64,000 nt of DNA from NCBI RefSeq assembly GCF_009914755.1, contig NC_060932.1; one strand, 5' to 3'. The notes under the pieces were generated by a model. It was given only the letters and a program-made list of their open reading frames with translations, ran no database searches and was not told the origin of the DNA. The DNA is from the human T2T-CHM13v2.0 reference genome, Homo sapiens. Shown here in pieces: positions 25,732-38,960 of this stretch (position 1 is the first letter of the stretch; the number at the start of each line of letters is the position of its first letter). Made by a program: the position numbers and the translations under genes.

Positions 25732-27974
25732 TCTAAACACACATAGTTGCTAGATTGCTTGATATTTCTGCACAGGTCACTGCTTATTATTTTCCAGCCC
25801 TTTTCTCCTCTCTTTGTACTATTTCTTCATTCATTTGTAGTAATATAAACTCAGGTTTACTGATCTTTATTTTGGAATATATGCCACAATCCAATTCATA
25901 GTATCTTTTACTCAGATGTTTATTTTTAATCTCTGGAAATTCCATTTGTCTCTTTATATCTCTCACTCATCATGAACAGTTTTTCTCTTCAAACTTGGAC
26001 ATATTTATAACATTTATAATAGCTCATTTAAATCTTTTTTTGCTGATCCTAGTATCCTTGTCATTTCTGGATCTGTTTTTACTGAATGATTTTTCTCTTG
26101 ATTATGACCATATTTTCCTGCATAGCAGCTAATTTTTTATTAGATTCAGTGTGCTATAAAGCACAAACTGTTGAGTGATGGATTTAGTTGTTTTTCTTTG
26201 AAGAACGTTAGGCTTTATTCTGTCCCACATTTAAGTTTCTCATAGATCAGTCTGGTCCTTTCAAGAATGGTTTAGAAAAAAATTTGTTAGAGTGGTTGCA
26301 GAACAATTTAATCTAGAGCCAAATAGCACTACTACTAATGTGTTAGTTGCCCAAGGACTCTGCAGTCTCTCCACTTTGCTAGTGGGAATGAAAATTTTTC
26401 CAGCCTTTAGTGCTCCTAAAATTGTTATCCAATCCCTTTTGGGTGTTTTTCTTTGCCTCTAGCCTTGTGAAGTCTTACCCCAAGCGTGCTCACATGAAAA
26501 CACAGCCCAGGACTGAAGATTTACCATGTGTCCCTGCCCCCACCACCAACACTTCGGGGCCTTGCTTCCTTCTAGGCACCCTCTCTCTGCTATTCTGCCC
26601 TGGAAGTGGGGGTGTCTTGTGCTTTGGGAAGTTTGATTTCAGTCTCTTCAATGCTTCAGGATTGCTGGACTTCGTTTGAGTCTTCCTCTGTGTGCTGTGG
26701 TCTGGACCCTGCTGCTGTAGTGAGCTGGGGGCAATCGAAAGTCTCACTTCATTGGTCTGTTGCACTGCTTATTATCCAATGTCTGAACACAGCTGTCACA
26801 CATCTTGACAGGTTCCCTTTTGTCTGCTGTCAGAGGGAGATTCCCATAGCAGTGAGTCCATTTTGGATGGAAAGTGAGGAGCAGTCTCATCTTTTTGAGC
26901 CCTTGAGCCTTTCTTCCTAAGAGCCTTGTTGTATTGTCTTTTCTCCATACATGGAGCCATGACTGGGGTCTGGTGTCAGGTATGAAAAACCACACACTCC
27001 ATTTGCTGGAATCCTACTGCATCAACGTTGAGAGAGCACTAGATAGTTAAACTGCAGTACCTCCAAATCATTTGAATGATTAAAGATAATTCAATCAATA
27101 AATCGTTTGAATGTACTTCAATTCATAAATACTTGTTGAGCAGCCTTCATGCTCAGGGCACTTTACAAGCAGTACAGGAAGAATTAAGACAAACTCCTTG
27201 CTTTTAAGGCTCACAAAGTCTAATATGGAGATTGGCAATATGTCACTGTACGCAATGTAAAAACCAAGCAAGGGTTGTAGATGGAGGACTCAAGTCAGAA
27301 CCCTGTGGTGAACCAGAGGAAAGACTGTAAGCATTTGGGAAATCACCTGTGTTTTTAAGGTGGAGATAAAATGTGAGACGGTCCCTGAAGGACAGGTTAA
27401 AGTTTAGAGATGAAGTTGGAGGAGTGAGGCAGACATGAGGTCAACCAGAGCAGAGGCATGGGTGAGAGAAAGCAAAGTGAATATCTGAGGAAGAGCCAGT
27501 TTCCTTATTTCTCTGAAGACAAAGTTTTTGGAAGGAATTGGGATAGCCCCTGAGGGATGCATGAAAACCTTAGAGATAGATTTGGTGGACAGATGCCATT
27601 TGGGGTAGAGGGACTGAAAAGGCCCAAGGCTTGGATGACATGAAAGCAAAGGGCATATTCCAAGAGAGTGAAGAGTCCAACTTCACTGGGGCATAACGTT
27701 CACAAAGTAGGAATAGAACCTGATAACCCTTGGATAATAAGGTTGGGCTCCCTTATAGATTTCTCCAGAGATTCTACTTTCTTTGAACGAAAGGTGAGTC
27801 CTTAAGATTTTCTGAGTTGTCTGTTTGGAAACAAGTACCAAAATAATCAGATTTAAAAAAAAAAAATCAAGCTCCTAATTTTTTTTGAAAAAAAAATGTA
27901 ATTTGATTTTACTTTTATAAACTTTAAGAAGGCATTTCCACACTTTACAACACTCTCGTCATGTTTCAGGGTTT

Positions 27975-28120
27975 TTATTTCTTTCTTCGGCAGCATTTTC
28001 GGCCACGCGTCGAGCACTTGCCGATCTGTTCCTCCTTTGGAAGGCAGCTGAGCACAGCACACCGGCCGCCTCTGACTCTGCAATAATATTTCTGTAATGT
28101 GTTTATGATTCCTCCATGAC
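27975..28120 (-). CDS. DEFB103: Beta-defensin 3 (hBD-3) exon 2
   Basis: gcag|GT CAT GGA GGA encodes (G)[47 protein letters not shown]. 146 nt plus 58 nt gives 67 aa. Confidence 0.99.
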
Positions 28121-28610
28121 CTGCAATGACAAAACAGCACACACGGAAAGGTTTTAGGAAGGCTTTTGGTACACGTACAAGGCTTGTGGAATTCCTCAAA
28201 TAACTCATCTCTTGCTTTTCTTGTATTCTTTTGTTTCTTTTTCCTTTTTCTATAAAATCAGGAGGAAGATGAAGGTATGACTACACAACCCATAGACAAT
28301 GTTTCTAAGGCTGCAGCTCAGCTGTGGACCCACAGTGGCACCGGGGAAGTGGCGTGACCCTGTGACTGCCGCAGGAACAGTGGGGGTGCTGAGGCTGTGG
28401 TGTCCTCAGAGGTAGCCCCAACACTCCACCTCCAACCATTGCACTTAGTAGAACAGGAGCCTGTGCTTCTATTCTCAGAGTAAATCAATCTTTCCTGCTA
28501 CATTAAAATTTTATGTCTGATTCATGTCTCATCAGCTGGTATAATAATCTTCCCTTGAAGAGTTGGGGAAAGAGATAGCTTTGGGGAGCTATTTAGTTTC
28601 TTAATGATTC

Positions 28611-28910
28611 TTTTCTTTTTTTTTTTTTTTTGAGGCGTACTCTCACCCTGTCACCCAGTCTGGAGGACAGTGGCGTGATCTCGGCTTACTGCAACCTCCG
28701 CCTGCCAGGTTTAAGCAATTCTCTGCCTCAGCCTCCCGAGTAGCTGGGATTACAGGTGCCCGCCACTGTGCCCAGATAATTTTTGTATTTTTAGTAGAGA
28801 TGGGGTTTCACCATCTTGGCCAGGCTGGTCTTGAACTCCTGACCTCGTGATCCGCCCACCTCGGCCTCCCAAAGTGTTGAGATTACAGGCATGAGCCACC
28901 GCACCTGGCC
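28611..28910 (-). mobile_element. Alu in the DEFB103 intron
   Basis: Poly(T) followed by an Alu body; TSD TCTTAATGATTCTT on both sides. Confidence 0.95.
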
Positions 28911-29064
28911 TCTTAATGATTCTTGTCTGAAAAAAAAGTGGTGATGCCTAGTTCCCATACAACAAACCTGCTTGGTCCAAAGCACTCTGAAGGATGGAGA
29001 AATACTGACTCTGAATTATATATTCTCAATTAGATCAATCCTTAGATTTCCCAGCCCATCTTAC

Positions 29065-29122
29065 CTGGAACAGGCACCAAAAACAGGAAGAGCAAAGCAA
29101 ACAGAAGATAATGGATCCTCAT
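29065..29122 (-). CDS. DEFB103: Beta-defensin 3 exon 1, signal peptide
   Basis: MRIHYLLFALLFLFLVPVP(G), ending CCAG|gtaag; TATA box TTTATAAA at 29177-29184. Confidence 0.98.
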
Positions 29123-29718
29123 AGCTGCTAGGCTTCACCCCACGCTGAGACTGGATGAAAAGGTGTGCTTGGTCACTTTATAAAGGTTCCAGCCACAGCT
29201 GCAATTCTTGTCATATTACAGTGATGACATTATGACATGTTTTCTGATGCATCATTCCAATGCCTCTCACCATGCAGAACACACCCACTCACTCAGTTAA
29301 TTAGGAACCCAATGGTAAGGCAGAGCTCCCTATGGATTTGTGGCTGTCCGGGTGCTCTCTGGACTCCAGGGGCTTGTCTGGGTGTGGGTCAGATTGGGTT
29401 GTGGGTACAGATAGGGCTGGCATGAGCAAGTATGCCCCCTTTGGGGAATAGTCTCAGGGCATGTGGCTGGGGGCTGACTTGTCCGTACTTTGCTGCTTTG
29501 GAGCTTTTTTTCTCTTCCTAAAATGCTGGGAGAGTCTAAGACCCTCCTGGGGACCAAATAAATCCAGCCCTGGACATATTCAATATCTGGCAATAGGACT
29601 GGCTTTTTGGTAGTGAGGTAAGGGAGGAAAATGGGCTACATTCAAGGTTAGCTGACCACCTGGCCCTTGGCCTATGATGGGGTGCTATAATTTGAGTGAA
29701 ACATGTCTCATTCTTTCA

Positions 29719-30040
29719 TTTTTTTTTTTTTTTTTTTTGAGAGACAGAGTCTCACTTTTTTGTGCAGGCTGGAGTGCAGTGGCATGATTACAGCTCACAA
29801 CAGCTTGAGCTGTCAGGCTCAAGAGGTCCTCCCACTTCAGCCCCCTGAGTAGCTGGGACCACAAACGCATGCCTCCACACATGGCTAAATTTTAAATTTT
29901 CTGTAGAAAATAAAATGGGGTCTCACTATGCTGCCCAGACTGGTTTCGAGCCCAGATGTGAACTCCTGGGCTCAAGCAATCCTCCTGCTTCAGCCTCCTA
30001 AATTGCTGGGATTACTGGTATGAGCCACTGTGTGCGGCCC
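29719..30040 (-). mobile_element. Alu (J-like)
   Basis: Poly(T) GAGAGACAGAGTCTCAC...CTCCTGGGCTCAAGCAATCCTCC. Confidence 0.92.
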
Positions 30041-33000
30041 ATGTCCGATTCTTCATCATTGTCTAAAACCTACCAAATTTATGAGTAAAGAAGGTGTTTA
30101 ATTTTACTTCATCAGAGAAAGAGGATGCTGGGATGATAGATTTAATAGACTGGCATCTCCTCCTAGTCAATGACTGTCCCTGTGCAAAAGAGGGGCTTCA
30201 GAATAGACATTTAAGACCTCAAGTTACTCTTGGCTCAGGAGCATTCAAGGCAGTCCAGGGGCCAGATGATTTCCCCTGCATATAGATTCAACGTTTAGAG
30301 GGAAAAATGCTAAAAAAGAAAAAAAAAACAGCTATTAAACTTAAATGTTCAGGAATCCAATGGATGGGTTGTATTTGGTTGACTATCAATTGGGAACTAA
30401 GTAAGTCAATGACAATTCAATTGGGAGCTGAAGTCACCGTGATGTCTCCTAGCTGCTGCTTCGTGTGAATGCAATTATAACGGATCCACTAAGGATCAAG
30501 GGTGTGTTAGTTCTGGGAGTGTGTGTTCAGAATTTGGGTGCACCACACCTGTCAGATTCAGTAAGAAAACTCTGAACACATACTATAGGAAGGGACAAGT
30601 ATCATGTCTTCAGCATAGGTGAGGGTGAAGTGGATGAGATACCAAGAGGGACCAGTCTTGGTTCTTTCTCTCCAGAAGCTCCATGTAGGGCCAGGTAGAT
30701 GGGCAGACAGTCAAATGATAAATTTAGGATGAATTATAATGGGAGTCATAGGAAGATTTCAAGCACAGGGCTGCAGAAACGTAGAAGAAAGATAACTCAT
30801 CATAACTCAAAGATAACTCTTTGAGCCAAGAGTGGAGCTCAATCAGCAGATTTAAGACTTTAGATAGGTAGATGCTACTTTTTAAAATCTAACTTTCCTC
30901 TTTAGTTCATGATTTGAGACAAAGCAATTGGAGATATTTATAAATGGGGGAAGGAGGTGAGTGTGGGTGGGATGGGTGCTGACTTCACAGTCTTACTATG
31001 TCAGACATAACGATGGCATTGGGCGTTGTAGAGGGTTAGCACCAGCTCTCAGCCTGGGGTGAGGACAGTCAGACGCTGGAGATGACTTGCTTTTCCACAT
31101 GGAGAATAGACTTCCACAGGTGAACCCCTGGTCTAACCTGTTCCTTCATAGACTGGGAGGCATTTTTATGGCAACACCACTATTTCATAAAAGTTCCTTG
31201 GTGAGGAAAAATGCCACTTTTTCTTGTCAACTAGTTTGGGAGCTGGGAATTGGAGATTGGGCTGTGACAATCAGCCTTTTCAAGTTTGGACATACTCCAG
31301 ACACACAAAATCCGTTTTGAGGGGGACTTACCTGTTTTAAGAAAATTATAAAAGTAATGCATTTTTATGGTAAAATTTCAAACAATAGAAGAGAGAGACT
31401 GTGTAATTTACTTCTCTACTTCAGGGAGCCACTGACAACTGTGAATTGTCCTCTTTTTGGCTTATTATAATCCTTTTTATGTCTTCAATACTTTTAGCCT
31501 CTCAAATGATAACAAGTACACGTGTGCTGTCTAATAGTTGGGTGAATAGATTCATGTGTCTGAAGCCATACAACACTAACGACAGCTGGGTCTTGTCACT
31601 CCCTGCCCCTGGGCTCTGAGTCACAGCGCTTGGAACTGCAGATCCTGCAAATTTTTGTACCCATGTGCTTGGTTTCCTTGTAGCTCTCACAGCCAGCATT
31701 TTGACATTTTGATTAGGTTGAGCAAGGAAGAGAAACTTTAGTTATTTATCACCTTTGTTCATGTCAGACTTTCCTTTAATTATTATTTTTTAAATCCTGT
31801 TCTTAAAATGTGGAGCTGAGATGTGATTGGTCCAAGTTTGTGGCAGAAGGGCAGAGCTATGTAGAAGACAAACACCAGGTCTGAAGTGAGGCGTCATTGG
31901 GCCATCACTCAGCCCTACCGTGTATGGCGTGGGTTTACCTGAATAAATTACCTAAGCTCTGTGAGCATCTGTAACTCAGCAACAAAGCACAGAGAGCAGT
32001 ACATTTCCTGTTTAGGTCACAGTGAAAGCCCTATGAGTTAATGGTGTGAAATTGACTTGTACATTGCAAATCACCATGTGACCCATGTATCACCCAAGTA
32101 TCACCCACGTGACCCTCGGTTAACAATATCAAGACTCTGGCATGGGCTCCCAGCACGGGAATCCAGGGTGTCAACTCCTCTTCATCTTGACATAGTCTAA
32201 GATGAAGGTTGGCTCAGCCATTCTCCTTTGCAGCCATTAATCTTGTCACAACCACCATTATATAAGTTATACAAATAAAGGCAGACATTTTTCCAATTTT
32301 ATAGATGAAGACACTGAGGCTCAGAGAGGTTGAATGACATGCTGTAGTGAATTGCAGCATTGTGACCTGAAGCCAGCATGTCCAGTCATTTCTCTGCCTG
32401 CTCTCAGAGTCATCCCTTGACTATTGGTGATCTACACTCATGTGTAGTGGTCTATACTTAGGTGTGTACCCTTTTCCATCACCCCATTGTCCCTAAATTC
32501 TTTGCATCCTAGCATCTCAAGAAATCTGTCCAAACTACTCTTCCTAAGTCCAGCCAAGCCTTTTACATCCCCAGCTCAATGAGTTTTTTGTCTGTAATCT
32601 TCCTACCTGACCGTTTTGCAACATGTGCCTCGTAAGGCCACTTTCAGAAACCTATTCCTCAATTTCAATTCAACGTCCAGAGAACTTCATGGACATCTGC
32701 TCTGTATTAGGGTCTTAGGACCTGGTGCTGTGCAGGAAAGAAAGATAAACAATATTTACTCTCTAGGCTCTGAATTTTCACTATTTCCCAGTCTAATGGA
32801 AAAAGATACAAGCTGACAGTAACACGATATAACAGACATCCGCTTTCCATTGTCTCCTCCTATCCTTCCCATTACTGCCTTTGATTCATCATGGAAGTTT
32901 TCCTCCTTCTCCTGTCCCTGAAGTCCCCAAAAGGGAACATCTTCAAGAATTTAACATTTTCATGGCAATCATAATGATGATGATGATAATGATCCTCCTC

Positions 33001-33398
33001 CTTATCATCATTGTCACGTCATTGTAACAGATCTATTGAGCACATATTATGTTCTAGACACTGTGCTAAGCAATTTACTTGCATTTATTTCATTTGAATC
33101 ATGCAGTAATTTAATAATGTTGATACACTTATCTGCATTTCCCAAATGGGGAAAGGCCAGTTGATGCTCCCATGCTCCTAACTGTATTCCAGATGCTTAC
33201 TCGTGGGCCTCTGCTGGCTTCATATGATCTTTGGGATGTGGTTATCTATGCCTGCATGCAGCTACCTTCCATCTTCATCTCTAGTCTGGACCATTTCCCC
33301 AATGTTCTCAACCAATCTTTACATCACTTTTTCTGTAAATATCAACTTCATTCTCCAAATTGCTTGGTGATAGATGTTGGAAACTAGGTTCTTTCTGA

Positions 33399-33692
<294 letters not shown>

Positions 33693-35300
33693 ATTCTTTC
33701 TACAAAGTGGTTTGCATAATTTTCAGGGACCAACTCAAATACCAGTTCCTCATGATCACAATCACCCCAGTTGAAAGAGATCCCTCCCTCCTCTGCAGTT
33801 CTGCAGAGCACATTTTGCATGACACTTGGAGCTTCTACCAACTTCCATAATGAATGCCATATACTATTTGTGAACATTTCTTATTATCTTTAATAGATGG
33901 TGTCTTTTCATTTATGTCCTTATATTAATGAGAAAGTATATACTCAAGTCCTATGTTGCTTTCACCCTTTAGATAATAAGAATTATTTTCAAATCCTAGA
34001 GTATCTCCTAGGATGCTCAGGATGAATATCACAAAGAAGAAATACTTCCAGAAGAGCAAGGAAATAGGGAGAGAACAGTAGCAGCTAATGCAAAGACAAC
34101 AAATGATTTACAACATGAGAACAATCTGAACACACTTATGGTTTAACAAAACATAAATAAATTCGTGAGATACTGAGTGTGGCAGGCAGCCACTGCAATG
34201 GCCCCCAGTAACCCTTGCCTTTAGGGAATGCTGGTATCGTGCTTTGGTGCAGATATGATATGGAGGGTGGAGCAGAGGCTTATGAGACTGAAGGCCAGAA
34301 GACCAAGAGCTGAACTCAGGTCTGCTGTGTTTCGGATGCCAGTGGGAGAAAGAGGCAGACCTGAGTGCCAGAGCCATCTAGAAGAAGCAATCAAGAGTTA
34401 ATACAATGGTTGAGCATGAGAGAAGGAATTAAGAGAGGAGGCAGCCTAGGGATACTGTTCAGGGGACAGGGTAGGTGGCGGTCCCATCAATTAGAATTAA
34501 AGTGGTGATGCCAGCAGGCACTGAGGGAGACATGCTATGGAGAGAGAGCCAGGCTTAACATATGGCATCTTTTTAAAACAGGCTCAAACTAGTTTAGGAA
34601 TTTACAGGCTTAGCAGTGATGTGGGGTTGCATGCCTTTCCCAGAGTTTCTAAAATCATGCCTGACAAGATGGGGACTGACTCTCCTAATTCCTATAGGCA
34701 AAATCAAGGAGGGGATAAGTGTATGAGAAATTCATATAAAGCTACCCTAAAGACATTTTTCTACCCATTTGGCAGCAATATTTTCACCACAAATAGAATG
34801 AAGTGCATAATACTACCTCACCTTCTGTTTACACTGGGTAACTCCAACCGGGTTCTTTCTATTTAATCATGGCCCTGTCCCAGTAAAAACACACCCTATA
34901 CTACCTCTGGCCACCAGCCTACACAGTTCTGATGGCTGCTTCCTCAGGGAGGACTTTTAGGGGACAGGTGGCTCTTACAAAGCAATCATGAGCTCAACTC
35001 ATCAATGGGCTGGCAGCTGAGGTGGGGAAGTGATGCATCCAAGGCAAAAGGTGTGACCCAGGGGACTTTTTGTTAAAACAGGTCGTCTGCCACTATCCTT
35101 TCTTCAGAACTGGTAATTGAAATGAGCCTATTGACTGATGTGGTAATAGGCCATGGATGACTATTAAATGATTTGCACATGGTGGCTAGTATCTATGGAG
35201 CTGTTATTACGTACCTGGCATGGCAATGGTGCTTTAATGCATTTCTCTGACAAAAAAAGGCATAAAGTAGGTATCAGAATTTTTACTTAAGGATAAGGAG

Positions 35301-35698
<398 letters not shown>

Positions 35699-36025
35699 TC
35701 AGGTTATTGTAGTTATATTTTATATCCATGTTTCTGTCAAAGGTTTTTGGTGTGGGGTTTCCCAGTGGAAAGGTAAATGATTATATATGGTGGAGAATAA
35801 ATGAGAGAGGGCTTGGGGAATGGAAGCCACACCTCACCCACTTGGCTCAGACCACAGGGCTACTCCTGTTTTGAGAATTTCCAGCTAACTGCCTTATAAA
35901 ATTACATAGCATGGTATTTATGGTGCTAGAGCACCAAGAAAAATTCAATAAAATGATGAATTTGACATCTCTGACTCAATCTCCTCTTCCATATTTTTCA
36001 AGAGGTTTTATGATTGCATATATTA

Positions 36026-36247
36026 GGGGCCAGCAAACCTTTTCTGTAAAGGGCTAGACAGTAAATATTTCTAGGCATTGCTGGCCATGTGGCTTCTGTT
36101 GCAACTACTTAATTCTGCAGCTATAGTACAGAAGCAGTCATAAACAATACATAAACAAATGGCCATGGCTTTGTTCCAATAAAAATTTATTTATAAAACT
36201 GGGTGGCAACTGGATTTAGCCAGCAGTCCATAGTTTTCTGACCCCTG
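36026..36247. mobile_element. MER58A-like hAT MITE
   Basis: AGGGGCCAGCAAACCTTTTCTGTAAAGGGC...TAGTTTTCTGACCCCTG; 8-bp TSD GCATATAT/GCATAAAT. Confidence 0.8.
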
Positions 36248-36270
36248 GCATAAATTTATGAGACACTGAG

Positions 36271-36882
36271 TGTGGCAGGCAGCCTCTACGATTGCTGCCA
36301 AGGATTCCTGTCTTTGTGAAATGCTGTGATTCATGCTCTGGTGTAAGCCACTCCTTTTGATTATGAGCTGGCCTCATTCACTCATTTCTAATAAATAGAT
36401 TATAAGTCTATGAAGCAATAGATTATAACCTAATCTCAGAAGTCATGAGAGTAAGCTATAAAAAGGCTGTGGGTTCAGTTTTGGATGCCTTCTCACTCTT
36501 CTTGCTCTTGTGGAAGCCTGCTGCCATGTTTTGAGTCGCCCTATGGAGAGACCTACAAGGCAATGAACTGAGGGGCTTCTCTGGCCAACAGCTAGTCAGT
36601 CACTAAGGCTCTTAATATACCAGCCCACAGGGAACTAACTCCCTCCAATAACCATGTGAGTGAGTTTATGGAAGTAGATCCTTCCCTGTGTAGGCTTCAG
36701 ATACAAATGCAGCCCTGGCTGACAGCTTAACTGTGACTTCATGACTGAGCTTGATCTAGAAGCACCCAGCTGGGCCATGCCTAGTTTCTACAATCCACAG
36801 AATGTGTGAGATAACAATGTTTCTCGTCTTCATCCACTAAGTTTTGGGATAATTTGTTATGCAGCAATGGATAACTAATATA
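36271..36882 (+). mobile_element. MLT1F-like solo LTR
   Basis: Starts TGTGGCAGGCAGCCTCTA and ends CCACTAAGTTTTGGGATAATTTGTTATGCAGCAATGGATAACTAATA. Confidence 0.75.
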
Positions 36883-37310
36883 GTGAGGTATAGTGCAAAG
36901 AATGGAAGAGATTTAGAGACCTATGTTTCAGTCCCAGTTTTTTTACAAATTTGCTATGTAAATTTAGACTAACTGTTGACCAAGTCTAGCCCTTCCATTT
37001 TTTATTCTGCCTACAAAAGGGAAAGGAATCATGGATTTCTGAGGTCATTACAGGTCTAAGTCTTCATGGTTCATTGAATTGTCAAGCTGATTCCTGCATC
37101 TAAACCAGAGTCTTGAATTGGAAGCCCATGAGTAAAATATAGTCCATCGAAGTATTTTGATATTAGGTGTCAACATTTAAAACACTAAAAATTTTGCATA
37201 AAAATTCAGTTTTCTGACTTCCTCAGAAAAATTCAATGATTAAACCACCAGGGCCCACGTTTCTACATGTAACACTGAGATTTATCCAAAAATCTCTTGT
37301 CCCATTACAT

Positions 37311-37835
37311 CACAGGTCCCCAACCTCTGGGCCATGGACCAGTACCCGTCCCTGGACTGTTAGGAACCGTGCCACACAGCATGAGGTGGGTGACAGGCAA
37401 GTGAGCGAAGCTTCATCTGTATTTAAAGCTGCTCCTCATCACTTGCATTACCACCTGAGCCCCACCTCCTGTAAGATAAGTGGCAGCATTAGATTCTCAT
37501 AGGACTGCAAACCCTATTGTGAACTGTGCGTGCCAGGGATCTAGGTTGCATGTTTCTTATAAGAATCTAATGCCTGATGATCTGTCACTCTCTCCTATCA
37601 CCCCCAGATAGAGCTCTTTAGTTGCAGGAAAACAAGCTCAGGGCTCCCACTGATTCTACACTATGATAAGTTGTATAATTATTTCACTGTATGTTACAAT
37701 GTAATAATAGAAATAAAGTGCACAATAAATGTAATGCACTTGAATCATTCCAAAACCATCTCCCCCACCTTGGTCCATGGAAAAATTGTCTTCTACAAAG
37801 CTAGTCCCTGGTGCCAAAAAGGTTGGGGACAGCTT
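37311..37835. mobile_element. MER1A-like hAT-Charlie element
   Basis: CACAGGTCCCCAACC...GGTTGGGGACAGCTT terminal repeats, about 525 bp, 8-bp TSD CATTACAT/CCTTACAT. Confidence 0.85.
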
Positions 37836-38244
37836 CCTTACATAGAATATGAGTGCTCCAATGCACTGCAGTACCCAATTCCTTACTATCTCTCACTGGC
37901 CTGGCTCTGATGGTCTTTGGAGAACCACTTGAATGATGCTTATTTTGAGATCTTCCCTAAAACAGAGAAATTATGTTCTTTTACCATCTGCTTGTATCTT
38001 GGGTCCAGGACACTGGCCAATTTTTATTTCAATATGGCCTTTGCGAAGTTCTGTGATGTCATAACATCTAGATCCACAAGTCCCGCTCACACAAACTTCA
38101 GGGAAATCCCAGATCAGAGCCACATATTCTTACATTAGAACATTAGAGCTCTTATGTTCTTCTCTCTCTTCCTCACATCTAGAATACATCTTATCCCTCC
38201 CTCTTTACAGAAAAAGACACACACTTCTACATACACACACACAT

Positions 38245-38960
38245 TTCTAGTTTCACACCATTGTGGTTGGTAAAACATACTTCATATGATGTTAATCTTC
38301 TTAAATTTATTAACTTGTTTTGTGGCCTCACATGTTATCTACTCTGGAGAATATTCTACGTGCCCTTGAGAAGAACGTGTATTCTTCTGTTGAATAGAAT
38401 GTTCAGTATATGTCTGTCAGGTCCATTTGGTCTTTAGTGTTGTTCAAGTCCACTGTTTCTTTGTTGTGTTTCTTTCTAGATGACCTATCCAATGTTGAAA
38501 GTGGGGTGTTGAAGTCTCTGATATTACTGAATTGCTGTTACTCCTTTCAGTTCTCTAAATCTTTGCTTTATATATTTATAATTGCTTTATTTTCTTGATG
38601 AATTGACCACTTTATCATTATATAATAACTTTATTTGTCTCTTGTTACAGCTTTTGACTTAAAGTCTCTTTTATCTGATGTAGGAACAGCCACTCTTGCT
38701 CTTTTTGGTTACCACTTCCATGGAATATTTTTCCCATCCCTTTACTTTCAGCCTGTGTGAGTCCTTCTAGCTAAAGTGAGTCTCTTGTAGACAGCATATA
38801 GTTGGACCTTGCTTTTTGATACATTCAACCACTTTACATGTTTTGATTAGAAAATTTAATCCATTTACATTCAAAGTGATAGGTAATGACTTACTATTGT
38901 CATGTTGTTAATTGTTTTTCTTTAGTGTTTGTAGTTCCTTTGCTTATAAAATCAATGCAC
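38245..38960 (-). mobile_element. L1 ORF2 fragment (antisense)
   Basis: GGAGAATATTCTACGTGCCCTTGAGAAGAACGTGTATTCT...GTGAGTCTCTTGTAGACAGCATATAGTTGG. Confidence 0.85.
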
